From Octopus sinensis (Eukaryota), in the NCBI RefSeq assembly GCF_006345805.1, contig NC_042997.1, forward strand, positions 55,428,001 to 55,492,000: DNA of 64,000 nucleotides, read 5' to 3'. The position numbers and the translations under genes were made by a program. A model generated the notes under the pieces. That model did no database searches. It was not told the DNA's origin and worked only from the letters and a program-made list of their open reading frames with translations. This document shows, in pieces, positions 1 through 12,699 of the stretch. Positions within the stretch are counted from its first letter, which is position 1; every line of letters starts with the position of its first letter.

Positions 1-499
1 TAATGCAAGGATCATCAGAAAGATAGCTGAAAATATATATACTATAAGGGAAACATCAGTTACACACTAACAATTTGATTTTGGCTTCTTACACCTCCCA
101 AGCCTCATTTGTGTGCATATATTTAGTGATTCGCCTGTCACTACTTCGAGTTGTAAGGTAACGTATATACTTCTCTGAAGAGAACTATGAGAATGAAATA
201 TGCCCAGATGTTTTTTGCCACACTTTATTTTTTTACTTATTTCAGTCATTTGTCTGCAGTCAAAAGATTTAAAAAATGCTTTCCACAAAGCTTTTCCAGT
301 GAGTTTTGATAATCTTTACAAGAAATATATTTTCATGCGAGCTGTGTCCCTTGGATTTGCTAAACAAAGTTAGAGGATAGTTTACAAACCAGCGTTGTGT
401 ACCAGAGTGGGGTATAAAACTTAGTTAATGCCGATGGTATCTAGGAGGCTAAGTTTTATCATAATTATGAAATAATACGTGCTAAAGAAAATAACTCAA

Positions 500-3240
500 A
501 AATGCTAATAAAATGAATTAAAACAAATAATATAAGAAGTGTTATAGTGAAAGGTGCGCAGCCCAAAGTTATCAAATAATTGAAATTTCCCTCCTGGAGA
601 AAAAGTAAAACATCTAGGCTTTGTGATTGTGGTAATATAGCATCTTGTTATAGTTTAGCGATTGAAAAATTGTTGTCGCCTGTCAACTATTGTGTGAATG
701 TGGAACTGGGGAGTTCTCATAACTTTTGATGAATTAAGTGTTGTTGAAATAATGAAAATGTTGCTTTGTTTTTTGAAACTTTGGTGACTGAAGCTTTTTA
801 TGTGTTCTCTGAAACAATGGTGACAGATATGTTGCTATGTCCAGTGCAGAGCTGGTAGTTGTGGTGCAATTAAGCTATGTGAACCTTTGGTAACTGAGGT
901 GCATTCGAATGCTGTGAAACTTTGGTGATCACCATGTTGTTGAGTCTCCTTTAATTTTGAGTATTGGTCAATTTAGACAATTGCAGACAACTAAAGAAGT
1001 CTGCAATCATCGACGCTATTGTTCAACAACTGCAACATACAAAATAAAATATTTACATTTTCCTTCTCATTTCGTTTAGAAACAGATAGTTGTCCGAGAT
1101 TGGTACATAACTTAGGAGACATTTCATTTTCTAATAGTGTTTAACAATAGTATCTGAAGGCATTGATATTTTCTAGAGTATATCATTCTATAAAGTACTT
1201 TATGACTATGTTTCTAACTCTTATTTTATCAGGTTACTTCATAATAGTAGGATAATTTCAACGCGATTAGTTCGGCGATATTTAACTGGTTTATTCTTTA
1301 TTCCTCCTGTTTTCCTCAGTTACTTTTCTTGCTAACTATTTACCATGAAATTTAATATTTCTATATATCTTCTATTATTGTTCTTGGTCTTTCTAACAGC
1401 CTCTGTTTAATGGGTTCTTTAAACATAATAATACATATTGCATTTTTGTTTTGCTCATAATTTGTAGCTCTGTGTGTTAAGTTTTCAGTATACTTTACTG
1501 CATATGTTACAAGAATTTGATAGTTTACTGTTTTTCGGTAAATATAACATGTCCTTGTTGGCTAATTGGCGCTTTCTCAATGCAGTATTTTCTTTGTGAA
1601 TCTTCTGATGTTTTTAACACCCGCATCTTCTGATAGTGAAATATTCTACCGCTAACTTATTACTAGAAAAGCTAGAATATTGGTAGGTTTTGCCTTATTT
1701 TTGGTATTTATCTGTTTTGAGTATTAATCTGCTACCCCTTTATAACCTTTTCTTTAAATTGTGTGTGTTTTACTCTGCGTAGTTCATTTGTTTCAAAGTA
1801 ATTACAAGTCGTTTTTACTCCGATTCTCTTATCTCTGTTCCGTTAGCTAAAATGATATTTGTGTTATTTTGCTTTTAATATAATGTTCATCTCTTCAATG
1901 TTCCTTGTTACAAATTTTGTAAACTGAATTTCATACCAATTTCCCTACTGAATCCATCAACTGCATATAATAATATTTCCAATTGTTTGACATCTGCAAT
2001 AAGCAGTTTGACGTCATACATATACAGACGATAGTTGATTGTCATCCCATATCACTTCTATCTGCATTCAGGCATGAGCGCCAGACAGAAAGTAGTGGAG
2101 GAAAAGAGAAAGAGATAGAAAGAATGGAAGAGAGTTCTCTTGGAATATTCTTCTTATAATAGGTATGAGTCTTGTTCATATATAATTCCCATTTTTGATT
2201 GGATCTTCAAAATTGTTTTCCAACTATTAATGCCATGTTTGTTGTACATAAGTGTTATTCGCGTTAAGTTACTCAGGAATAATATATTTTAGAATCCATG
2301 GCTAAGGAACATTATTAACTGCTTTCTACTGATCATTGCATGCCACGCTCAGACCTTTTTCTACATCTACAATCTTCAGTAATGCTCTCCTTTATCAGTA
2401 AATGATCTTCACTCCCATATGTTCCTTTACAACATATCTTAAGTTGTTCTGAATCTCTGCAGCATTTTTTGTTTCAAATGACCATTTATCCTTTGCAATA
2501 TTATTTCTGTTAAGGCTCTGTATACAGTAGGCAGTTTATGGCTCTGCATTTTTTAGATTTTTTTATTATTTTGTTAGTCTTTAGGATTAAGATGGCTTTC
2601 CCCTCAGTCAGCCATTAACGTGTTATTTCTGTCTCTTTCAGGCGATCAATCAATATTTTTGCAACTTTGTGCTTACTTGCCAGAAGTTTCGAATTTTATG
2701 GTTCCCGGGTGCTTTCGAATTGTTCGGGTTTTGTAGTATATGGACTACTATTTAGATTGCTATTTATGCATACAATTCTTTTGTTGTTGCGAGTGTTGAT
2801 TTGAAGACTCTTGCCTGTGGCTATCTTTTTACCGTCCATACCCCTCCCCAAATTCTTTTTTGCATTTTCTTGCTGCTGATGTTGCAATAGCTTCTATTTC
2901 GTCTTTACATAGTTCTTGGTAAAATCATTTTGGGTGCAGTGCAACTTTGTTTCCTTCACAGGCGATTTGTTGCTTTTTATAACGAAGGAATTTCTTTGAG
3001 ATTTAGTAAAGATCTCTTGTTTTAAACGTTGTTTGATATTGGCTAATTATTTTCTGTTATATTATATTCCTGTAGCATATATTTTCTCTTTTGCTTTTCA
3101 TATATGTATTTTCGTCACTGATGTAATTAAGAATTGAGAAATGCTATGCTTTACATTCTATCTCTCAATGTACGTTTGTATTTCAAGCTCGGAAATGCTT
3201 AGAGGCGGTAACCAGATTATTTTATGACTACTGTAGTTGT
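500..3240 (-). mobile_element. Highly decayed R4/Dong-like non-LTR retrotransposon (RT plus C-terminal remnants)
   Basis: Manual minus-strand translation gives WLTEGKAILILK...CRAINCL (~2530-2620; cf. WLTxGRTVLIPK...YRPITCL), KAVNNVP.PWILK (~2300), INYRLYMYDVKLL...FSREIGMKFSLQNC (~1920-2040; cf. YMDDIKL...IGMEFGLDKC) and an RRLNNM segment resembling RRHDNV (~950). Many stops and frameshifts; ends approximate. Confidence 0.7.
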
Positions 3241-3981
3241 TACACTATTTGGTTTATGCTGGTGAGTTTGTGGTTAGAATCTGTATTCACTTAAATGTCT
3301 GCAAACCACAGCGGCCAGGTTTTATTACTACTGAAATTTTTACTTCCTTTATATATTCTGATATATCATTTTTATTTTTCGCAGAGTAATATCATTTTTG
3401 GTCCATAAGAAAATCGATCACAAATAGGGCACGACAACACACCGACTACACACATTCAACATAATGCACACACAATATTAGCTGTATATATACACGTAAG
3501 TGCGCGCGCGTGCTCGTGAATCTTTAGAACAATTAGGTACACGTTTATTTTGAATATGTTCCTGCACACGAGAATGTGAATGGTATTGATGCAAGATTTT
3601 GCCTGGCTCAACAAAATTTTCCCCTATAAGCTTTTGTGTATAAAACATACGAAGCTCAAAATAACGTCAGAGAACTATCAGACACGTTATGTTGTTGGAT
3701 TGATATTGCCTACACATTTGGAGCTAGGCATAAACTTTTGTTCCTCTATAGAAAACAGTAAACATTTGCTGGTATGTGTTGAGTTTTACCAAGTTGAAAT
3801 GAATTCAGTATAAGCACATGAAGCAGCGAGTATCAAACTAATGATGTATACATTTACTTTTAACACGTCCGTGTCCACTAGAATTGAATAGCATTCATTG
3901 TGATTTATATCTATGTATATAAATACACAGAATTATAGCTATACATACATTTATGCATACATATATAAATACATATATACA

Positions 3982-4028
<47 letters not shown>

Positions 4029-4031
4029 CGG

Positions 4032-4067
<36 letters not shown>

Positions 4068-4299
4068 GAGGGAGAGAAAAGTGAAAGGGGTACAGGGAAC
4101 TTACATTTGTGAAGGAGATTAAGGAAAAATGACGGGTTGTAGTGTTTTTTATAGAGTGGATATTATTAGAACTGGTCGTGCGTAGGCTAGAGAGCAAACT
4201 ACGAGAAGAAAAATAGTTTAGACACTTTGAATCAAGGGGTACATCAGAATTAGTGTTTTATGAGTCGAAGTGAGCTTCAGTAGCTTGTACTGCACTGTG

Positions 4300-4460
4300 C
4301 TTTAGGACAGGAATATTCGTATTAAATAAATGGCGATTGGATGGAGGCCATATGCGTGGATTTTTAGCTAAGATGTTCTCGTGCCAAATAGATACAGTCG
4401 AAAGTTTTGCTGGTGTCAAGCACAACAAATTTTCTTTTGCAAGGGAATGAATAACCACCA
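4300..4460 (-). mobile_element. CR1/L2/Jockey-type RT fragment
   Basis: Across a frameshift reads LDTSKTFD..WHENILAK, resembling LDISKAFDRVWHxxLLxKL. Confidence 0.55.
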
Positions 4461-5089
4461 TCTAACAAATAAACTACAGTTCACATTAGTTCTTAACACA
4501 CATATATAAAGCTGAGGAATGATTAATCTTGTAAAACAAATATTTAATATTTGTTTCGTATATCATATTTAACACTTATTTCTGGAATGATATCTCCTCT
4601 GGCATTTAAAAAGTAAAATAACCTCACAGTCTTCTGTCTCTACATGTAAGTCAAGACGTATGTGAATAATATGTGATCAGTATCAGTTAGTCACAGTATA
4701 TTCAATATTATGTATGTGTTGACGTATTGAGAAAGCCATACGATATGTTTTATATATGCAATATACTGTGATTTATTTCTTTAGTATATGATTTCCAATT
4801 CAAAATTTATTTGCAATTTATAGGTCGTTTCAGTCTGCTAATTTTCGTTAACTGTTAAACGGCTTATTTCAACCAATACCTATTTATGCTAGATAGGGTT
4901 TCTCTGCGTCAAAAGTTTTATATTCTTATTTTCAATTTTAAGGGGGTTTAATTTGGTGTTGTTTGCTATACTTTCAATCACCACACTTTATCTGTTTCCT
5001 TGTTAATAAAAACAACATTGAAAGCCTTTAAGAAGAAATAAAACGCATTGAAAATCCTAGTCCAAAAATTGAGAAGTAATTCAGAATAT

Positions 5090-5620
5090 AGAGGGAATGC
5101 AATATTAAAATCTTTAGATAATTCTTAATTTGAAGTAAAAAAAAAAGTGTTTTCTTCTGTTGTGAATATATTCACTATTCACCTTTGAACAAAAAAAAAA
5201 AATATTATTTCGAATAGAAAATACAAAAATGTGAAATTAGAATTTCTAGATTAGTTTTAAAATCACAATATCTGATCTGGGAATGTTCACCGTTGTCATA
5301 GTTCCTTCCATCTAAAACACACCTTACATTCATATATATTTTTCTATTTATATGGCAGAAAGTTTAACCTCCGGTTATGAAGCTAATACTTGAAGCATAA
5401 TTCTATTGTTTGCTAATAATGAAGATTATATGATGTCGACAGAGGAAATCAACAATAGATACCCAGTGGAATTGGTACCGAATTGATTTTATATTTTATA
5501 TCCCCTGATCATAAGCATTGTTGATAAATTAAAATTAATTAATTATTATTGCACTGAATGGCGAATACGTAAAATTTTTAATATATTTGAAAATAAACCG
5601 AACGTTTTTTTTTCCTGCCA
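5090..5620. repeat. Copy 1 of a diverged local duplication (partner ~7820-8330)
   Basis: Direct alignment by eye: core 5409-5509 is nearly identical to 8128-8228, left flanks about 83% identical. Confidence 0.9.
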
Positions 5621-5680
5621 AAACTTTGCGACTTGAACAAATGTAAACAAATGTCTGTTGCAATCTCAATTGGGAGAATT

Positions 5681-6440
5681 GACTTGTTTCGAACTTAATA
5701 GGGTCCTTCTTCGGAAGGCGCGTGGTATATCCAACGTAATATATTGTTCAATGGCGTTCATTATTGTATTTTGCGCATGTGAATAGTATGTACGTTTTGC
5801 TTATGTATGTATATGTATGTATATATGTATTTTTTATATGTATATATATATACATATATATGTATTTTTTATATGTATATATATATACATATATATGTAT
5901 TTTTTATATGTATATATATATACATATATATGTATTTTTTGATACTTGTTTATTGTTTATTTGTATATATTAAGTAATACATGCAGCATGTTTAGTATAT
6001 AAATATTATTATATTTTTAAAGTTAATTATAACCTCTGATGAGGCCTATGATTATTTTAACATATAAGTATTATATTTTTTTAAATGCCTACAACCCTAA
6101 TATGTCGACATCCATAGGCAATGAAAATTAGATTCACTTTTGACCAACAGCTGTAAGAAGTAGTTTATGGATTTCAATAATTTATAATATGACTTTTAAA
6201 ATCTGTATTTGTATTATTATCTTATCTATTGCTTTATATAATATTTTGTATGCTTTTGATGTTCTCATTTGTAAAATGAATAAATAATCTAACATTATAA
6301 TATCCGTAAGTTGACCATTGGTTTCGCACCTACAAATCGCTTAGCAGTATACGCGGTTCATTACACGCAAATGTCGAGTTGCATAGACTACTAAGCACTT
6401 TATAGTCACTCTATAACCGGCATTAGCATTTTACTTCTTA
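5681..6440. repeat. Probable dispersed repeat containing an internal TA-rich minisatellite (~35-bp unit, 5829-5940)
   Basis: Tandem unit tttttatatgtatatatatatacatatatatgta repeated 3-4 times; flanks carry CTGATGAGGCC- and GAAAC-type motifs often seen in Penelope-associated repeats. Family assignment is inference. Confidence 0.4.
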
Positions 6441-6509
6441 ATATACATACATACAAACATACATACATACATTCAGATAGATAGAGGTACATATATACGT
6501 GTGTATACA

Positions 6510-6566
<57 letters not shown>

Positions 6567-6823
6567 CCTTGTTTCAGTTAATAAACTGCGGCTATGCTGG
6601 AGCATCCCCTTGAATAATTTTATTCGAACGAATCAACCCGGTACACATTATTTTAAACCTGAACGAACAGTTAACTTATGAGGATGTAAACACACACAAA
6701 CACACACGCATATATATATATTTATATTTATATATTCATTCAAAAAACTTGTTAGGCTCGAGGCTACCGTGGGACTGAACCCGGGACCATGTGATTTGGA
6801 AGTAAGTTTCTTACCGCACAGCT
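6567..6823 (-). mobile_element. SINE family A fragment, internally deleted
   Basis: Matches the full copies at 40311-40777 and 49192-49656 (ctgcggctatgctggagca; gggactgaacccgggaccatgtg). Confidence 0.85.
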
Positions 6824-7096
6824 ACGTTTGGATAAATATGTAAAACAGAGCTAACAGTGACTGATTATCAATCCGGGCAAAATATTTCATAAGCTCTCTG
6901 TTGGTGCATGAGGCTACCAGTGTTGTTTAGATTAGGGAAGAACTCCAAGTATTCTCATGGCAGGGCCCGAGTTTGTGGTTCATCACAATTCTATGTTTTA
7001 ATTCCGTGGTTGGGCTCCAGTCAAAATTGCTTTCACACAGAGTGATATATAAGAAAATATATAAATAATGGTCATTACCATATTTTTCTGTTTTAG

Positions 7097-7179
7097 AGTA
7101 AATTTGACTTATAGCTGTTTCAACAGATCAACTGATAAACCTATCAGTAACGTACCAATAATGGCTATTGGAAATAACA
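7097..7179 (+). other. Candidate internal exon (83 nt), VNLTYSCFNRSTDKPISNVPIMAIGNN
   Basis: Acceptor tttttctgttttAG at 7095-7096, donor GTAAGC at 7180, one open frame. No recognisable homology. Confidence 0.25.
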
Positions 7180-7819
7180 GTAAGCCAGATTTACTCTAAT
7201 AAAGAAAAATGTGTAGTGACCATTATCTATATCTTGTTTAATAAAGTTATTAATAGTTACTGAATATGGTACCTGAGTAAATATAATTGCGTGTTTTGCA
7301 CCTATAGTGCTTTTCTGACCACTTATTCAACTATTATTACATTAAAAAACGTGTATGATTTATTAATCTGTATTAATTTAAATCTGATAAACCTAACCTA
7401 TTCTTTCACTTGAACAGTAAGACTTAGACAAATATAAGCAAATATCTACTGTTATCTCTTCCACAGGCATAAAAAAAATAAACAACCAGTAACAAACCTC
7501 ATTACGTAACAACGGCACATACTATTTACAATCCTTATACAATATTTAGTATAAAATATGAGTCACTTTGTTACAATTCTTACTATAGATTAATTGATAG
7601 ATGAATATATTTGTCTTCAACCAGAATTGATGGGAGTTTTATTTTTTATAATTAATCAAGTTTTATATTTAATCGAGTCAAGGATTGAACCAAGCTTTGT
7701 CTACTGTAATTTCAGACCTGATGTTTTACCAGTCTACCTGATAATAAAAGCAATACTGAAAATCTTTACGTAGAAGTAAAGCACATTTTAAATTCCTCTT
7801 ATAAATTTGTGAAGCGATA

Positions 7820-8330
7820 TATTGCAGATTAAAATCTTCGAAACAATATATAACAAGAAACCAACAAAAGCTGTTTTTGTTTGCTATCAAGGAATTCACC
7901 TGTAAACGGAATGAAATACAGCACTATGAAACAGAAAGAAGAAAGTGTAAAATTATAATTTTTAGATTAGTTTAAAAGTCACATTTCCTGGCTTGGGAAT
8001 ATTCACAGTTGCCATAGTTCCCTCTATCTAAAACACACCTTACATTTATTTATTTTCTTATTTATGAGGCAGAAAGACTTACCTCCGGATATGAAGTTAA
8101 TTCTTGCAGCATAATTCTATTCTATTCTTTGCTAATAATGAAGATTATATGACGTCGACAGAGGAAATCAACAATACACACCCAATGGAATTGGTACCGA
8201 ATTGATTTTATATTTTATATCCCCTGATTATAAAGGTATTTGATGAACAAAAATTAATCTCACTGATATAATTTTGTGATGTATATATATATATATTAAA
8301 TGATGGATAAATATTTTGTTCGGCAAAATT
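7820..8330. repeat. Copy 2 of the diverged local duplication
   Basis: Aligns with 5090-5620; carries a 5-nt tandem duplication (tattc) absent from copy 1. Confidence 0.9.
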
Positions 8331-8706
8331 TGACACAAATAAACGCTACGTATAACGCCAGCATTTCTGCTCTGTATCATTGTTTGTTTTTTAATGATAA
8401 TAATAATTGATAGCCTGAAGAGCAAAAAATATTTTTCTTCGAAGTTTTCAAATTTTGTGGTCTCTGAAATGTTTCCTATAACTTTATCTATAAGATGAAT
8501 AAAATACTTCAATTACATTAAAATTTATTTCATGTTCCATATAATCTAGAAGTTTAAATTGCAATTGTTTACGGAAATTTTTGTCGTTTATTAAAGAGAA
8601 AGTAAGAAATAGTTATAATGGCAAATAAAATTCAGTAATTGATATGGTTAGCACATAAATATTATGGTAAACTTCAGTGAAGCAGTATCACCCAATAAAA
8701 TATGTT

Positions 8707-9120
8707 ATAATAATATTTATTCTTTTTTATTCGAGGCACGGGGCTCGAAATTTTGGGGGAGGGGACTAGTCGATTAGACCGATCCGCAGTACGCAACTGG
8801 CACTTAATTTATCGACTCCGAAAAGATGAAAGGCAAAGTCAACCTCGCCGGAATTTGAACTCAGAACGTAAAGACAGACGAAATACCTATTTCTTTACTA
8901 CCCACAATGGGCTAAACACAGAGGGGACAAACAAGGACAGACAAACGGATTAAGTCGATTATATCGACCCCAGTGCGTAACTGGTACTTATTTAATCGAC
9001 CCCGAGAGGATGAAAGGCAAAGTCGACCTCGGCGGAATTTGAACTCAAAACGTAGCGGCAGACGAAATACCGCAAAGCATTTCGCCCGGCGTGTTAATAT
9101 TTCTGCCAGCTCGCCGCCTT
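8707..9120 (-). mobile_element. SINE family B, full length with one extra internal unit
   Basis: Minus strand starts aaggcggcgagctggcagaaa and has a B-box-like GTTCAAATTC; possible TSD gttataat (8704-8711 and 9121-9128). Confidence 0.9.
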
Positions 9121-9139
9121 GTTATAATGTTATTTATTA

Positions 9140-9275
9140 TTTTCTACTCTAAGCACACGGCCTGGAATTTTAGGGGAGGGGGATAGTGGATTAGATCGAC
9201 CCCTGTACGCAACTGGTACTTAATTTATAGACTCCGAAAGGATGAAAGGCGAAGTCGACCTCGGCAGAATTTGAA
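9140..9275 (-). mobile_element. SINE family B 3' fragment
   Basis: gatcgacccc...ggatgaaaggcgaagtcgacctcggcagaatttgaac; breaks off where the LINE begins. Confidence 0.85.
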
Positions 9276-9289
9276 CGACCCATGAGTGG

Positions 9290-12200
9290 ACAAAAACAAT
9301 AACAGCAACAACAACAGAAAGGTAATGGAATAGAAACAAAAATTGAACCCAAAGAGACAAAACAGGCAGGTGTTACAGTAAAGGTGGCAGTGGGAGTAGC
9401 ACCAAGAACAGTGGTGGAAACTACAGTAGTAGAAGCAACAACAAGATCTACAAGAGAATCAGAACAAACAACAGCAGAAGAAAACATACAAAAGTCCTCC
9501 ATGCATCCAAGCGATGATGAAGGGGAAGCCCAAAAGGGGAAAAAAAACAGCAAAAAAACAAGAGACAGAATAAAGGGAGAAATCCAAGAAACGGCAAACA
9601 CAGACACACTGATGACAACACCAATACTGCAAGCACATCCATTTCGGATGCACGTGTAGATTGGATGGGGCTAGCGGATGGGAAAGGGGGTGCGCAAACC
9701 TCGCAAAACTGCTCAGACGTTTCCAGCTTGTGGACAGGTTCAGACATGATTTCCCGAACACTCCAGTATGGACATAGGAAAACAGTGTCAGGTCATGCAG
9801 ATCTTATCTAGATAGGGTATTTTGTAGGTCAGCAGTTAGGAATAACTTAGGTTGTCCACAGTTTAATTTCGTCAACTACACTGACTATAAATTTGTGATA
9901 TGTACGGTTGACCTAGATAGGCTCCATAGGTAGGGATCCGGCTACTGAAAACCGGATGCATCCTTCCCTGCGCGTCAACCTTTTCGAGACCGTCTTAGCA
10001 AGTTAGTCCATCGAAAGTTAACGAGTGTAGTCGTCAACAACCGATGGTGGTGGGGACCATAAAATGGACGATTAGACTAGAAGCTGTAGAATTTAGCAGA
10101 GAACTAGCGGTAGAGAAGAGTAGAGTTGAGTTAGACCGAGTTAGGAAATTAGAAGAGGCACTCAGTAGAAGCATAGCGAGCTACGTGCTGGCAGCTAGAT
10201 TAGTTCTGAACCAATTATTCAACACCAAGCATGAAGGTTGCATTGTCATAGCTCGTACTCTAAAGCATGAGGGAACGAAAGCCGTTCGATGGGCCAGGGT
10301 GGCCGGGGCGCAAAGTGGTAATAAAGTTACAATTCTGTCTTTGAGGGGTAAGTACGGACGCATGCTACATGAGTCGAAGCAGGTTTGTACGCAATTCAGC
10401 GGCACTTTGCTGAACTGTACGAGGCGCGCGGGAATCCGGAGGTGAACTTCATTTTCTACCTTGATGGTATGCCGCGACTTTCAGATAGTGAGGAGTTCTG
10501 CAAAATGCCGATAACAGCTGAAGATATCCGTGACGCGTTGGCGAGTTGCACGAGGAAGAGGTCTCCGAGATTGGATGGTCTGCCCTTCGAGCTTTATGTA
10601 CATAAGCCAGACTTTTTTGGTGAGCTTTTGGGAGACGTCTACCGCAACTCACAGCAGAATTGGAGATTACCCGGATCTGTGAGCCGAGGTGTAGTGACAC
10701 TACCGAGAAATGATCCGAACAACGGGAACATTCTTGATGACTTTAGGCCGGTAACTATGCTAAATACAGATTACAAAATTTTGGCCAAGGTGTTAGCAAA
10801 GAGGATGGCGCTTGTCGTTGACAGACTGGTAGGTGATGCGCAGACTTGCGCTATCCTCAGCAGAACTATACACGACAACTTCCACCTCACGCGATACAAC
10901 ATAGAAAGGGTTGGTAAAGAACCTGGCATTTGGATCAATCAATAGCTTTTGATTGGGTCGGCCATCTGTACTTGGAGGCTGTCCTCAAGGCGGCTGGTTT
11001 GTACAGCGACATCTATTCGGTGGTCAAAGTAAATGTTCACCAAGTGGAATCGTTTAGTATTGCTCGTTCGGTCCGTCAAGGATGCTCACTTTCACCCCTT
11101 CTCTACGTACTGGCGCTCGAGCCATTACTGCGGAAGCTGGAAGTTTCGAGGGGAATTCCGTGTGAACTGGGATGCGGAAGGTTCGTGTCGGTGTATGCGG
11201 ACGACGTCACCGTGATAGTGTCGACATCTCGGATATCGAGATGGTCGGCACTACCCTAAGGGAATATTAAGCGGTGACAGGAGCAATGATCAATCAGGAG
11301 AAGTCAGTGGACCTGCAGCTCGGCACCTACAGAGGCAGGCTCATGCTAACCGATCGCGTAGTGGGCACTGGACGGAAGAACCTGTTAAGTTGCTTGGGAT
11401 CTGGTTCGGTCTGGATCTCCAAGTGAACAAGAACTGAAGCTAGATGACAGACAGGGTGGCCAGCCTCACCCAGAAATGAGCCGAGAGGAAGCTGTCCTTG
11501 AAAGGTCGGGTGGAGGTGGCGAATACATAAAACGCATTAGTCGTCATCCCTTTCTCCGTTTCGTGGTTGAACGGGCTGGTGCATTTGCTCTTCTGCTTCC
11601 TGTGGAAGGGACAGGTACACTTGTTAGACGGTCCACTTGCTGTCAGCACCCGTTGCGTGGAGGACTGGGCATGCCGTGGCTTAGATCCGCAGATATTCGT
11701 TGAGGCTACGACATCTCTAGCGATACCTTAACGGTGAGCAGATATAGTTGCTGTTTGTGGGAACGCGCTTTTCCGTAGCTCCTCCCTTGACGGAGCTACT
11801 CATGGATCAGGCGTAGACCGAAGCAGGGTACTTAGCACTTGAAGTGTCTCACAGCCTTCGCCCCAGTAGGGCAGTGCGGCTAGTGGAAGTTCCACCTTGG
11901 AGTTCTATAGGGGATTAGTGGAGAGCAAGAGCGACAACATACTCGGAGAGGTCCTGGACGTCGAGGGGGATTAACTGGTTGGTCGCTTCCGGAGGACTTT
12001 CGGACCGGGAACAATGGACAACTTCCAGAAATCCCTGGCCTGTCAGTGCTACCGGGGTTGGGGCAGTGCAGGTTCGAGATAAGTTCTACAGGCACTGGTG
12101 TACAATCTGTAGGGCTTGTCCGAGATGCACGCGGAGCGATGAAACCTTTCTGAGTGCTCTCGTACAGTGTCCGTGCATTGCTGACTTGTGGAGCCTTGTC

Positions 12201-12560
12201 GAACAGGCTATTGTCACGTTTAGGACGGATCCGGCTATCGTCCGAGTCTATTGTGAAGATCACCCCGCCTTCTTCCTTTCTCTGTCTGGTGGCCATGGCA
12301 AAAGAGGCTGTGTGGTGGACGTGATTGAAAGGGTTAAAGACGCATGCCTTCCTCTTTGGTCAAGGCCACATTGACCTTTTCAGGTTCCACTTGAAAAGGA
12401 AAGTGAGGCTGGAGAGGGAGGTACTGTCACCCAGTAAGTTCGTTGAACGTTAGGTGAATATGACAAGAATAGCCCGCCTGAAATGGGCCATCTCTAAGTG
12501 TGCGCCTTTCAGAGTTTCGTCACAAACGGTGCTCGGGCCGAAAAATGAGCGCGCATTTGC
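9290..12560 (+). mobile_element. Tx1/L1-like non-LTR retrotransposon, decayed (ORF1 tail, partial APE, RT, C-terminus)
   Basis: APE C-terminus SYLDRVFCR..YTDYKFV..GSGY.K (9800-9970); RT SPRLDGLPFELY, FRPVTMLNTDYKILAKVLAKRM, QTCAILSRTIHDNFHL (ORF 10385-10945), RSVRQGCSLSPLLYVLALEPLL and YADDVTV (ORF 10930-11259). Frameshifts and internal deletions. Confidence 0.92.
10385..11259 (+). pseudogene. Reverse transcriptase domain of the Tx1/L1-like element, frameshifted
   Basis: Two overlapping ORFs carry the RT motifs QGCSLSP and YADD. Confidence 0.9.
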
Positions 12561-12699
12561 TTATATATATGTATATATTATACATATATATATTTATATA
12601 TCTGTGTGCGTGTATATGTATATATATATAAATAGATATGAGAGAAGCAACTTGCTGCCACCCACAGGAATCAGTCAGCCGACAGACGTTGTAGGGTGA

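Noticed and set aside
67-288. 73-aa minus-strand ORF
   Set aside because: No motif recognised; may be decayed transposon sequence.
3580-3813. 77-aa ORF and a 20-nt microexon-like unit near 3751-3770
   Set aside because: No domain similarity, and phases do not link to neighbouring candidates.
7150-8115. Ras-like VPIMAIGN(N)KDL motif from joining 7097-7179 to 8073
   Set aside because: Splice phases do not give KDL, that frame stops in both duplicate copies, and no other GTPase motif is nearby.
9191-9761. Several hydrophobic minus-strand ORFs resembling membrane proteins
   Set aside because: Antisense frames of the A-rich LINE ORF1 remnant.
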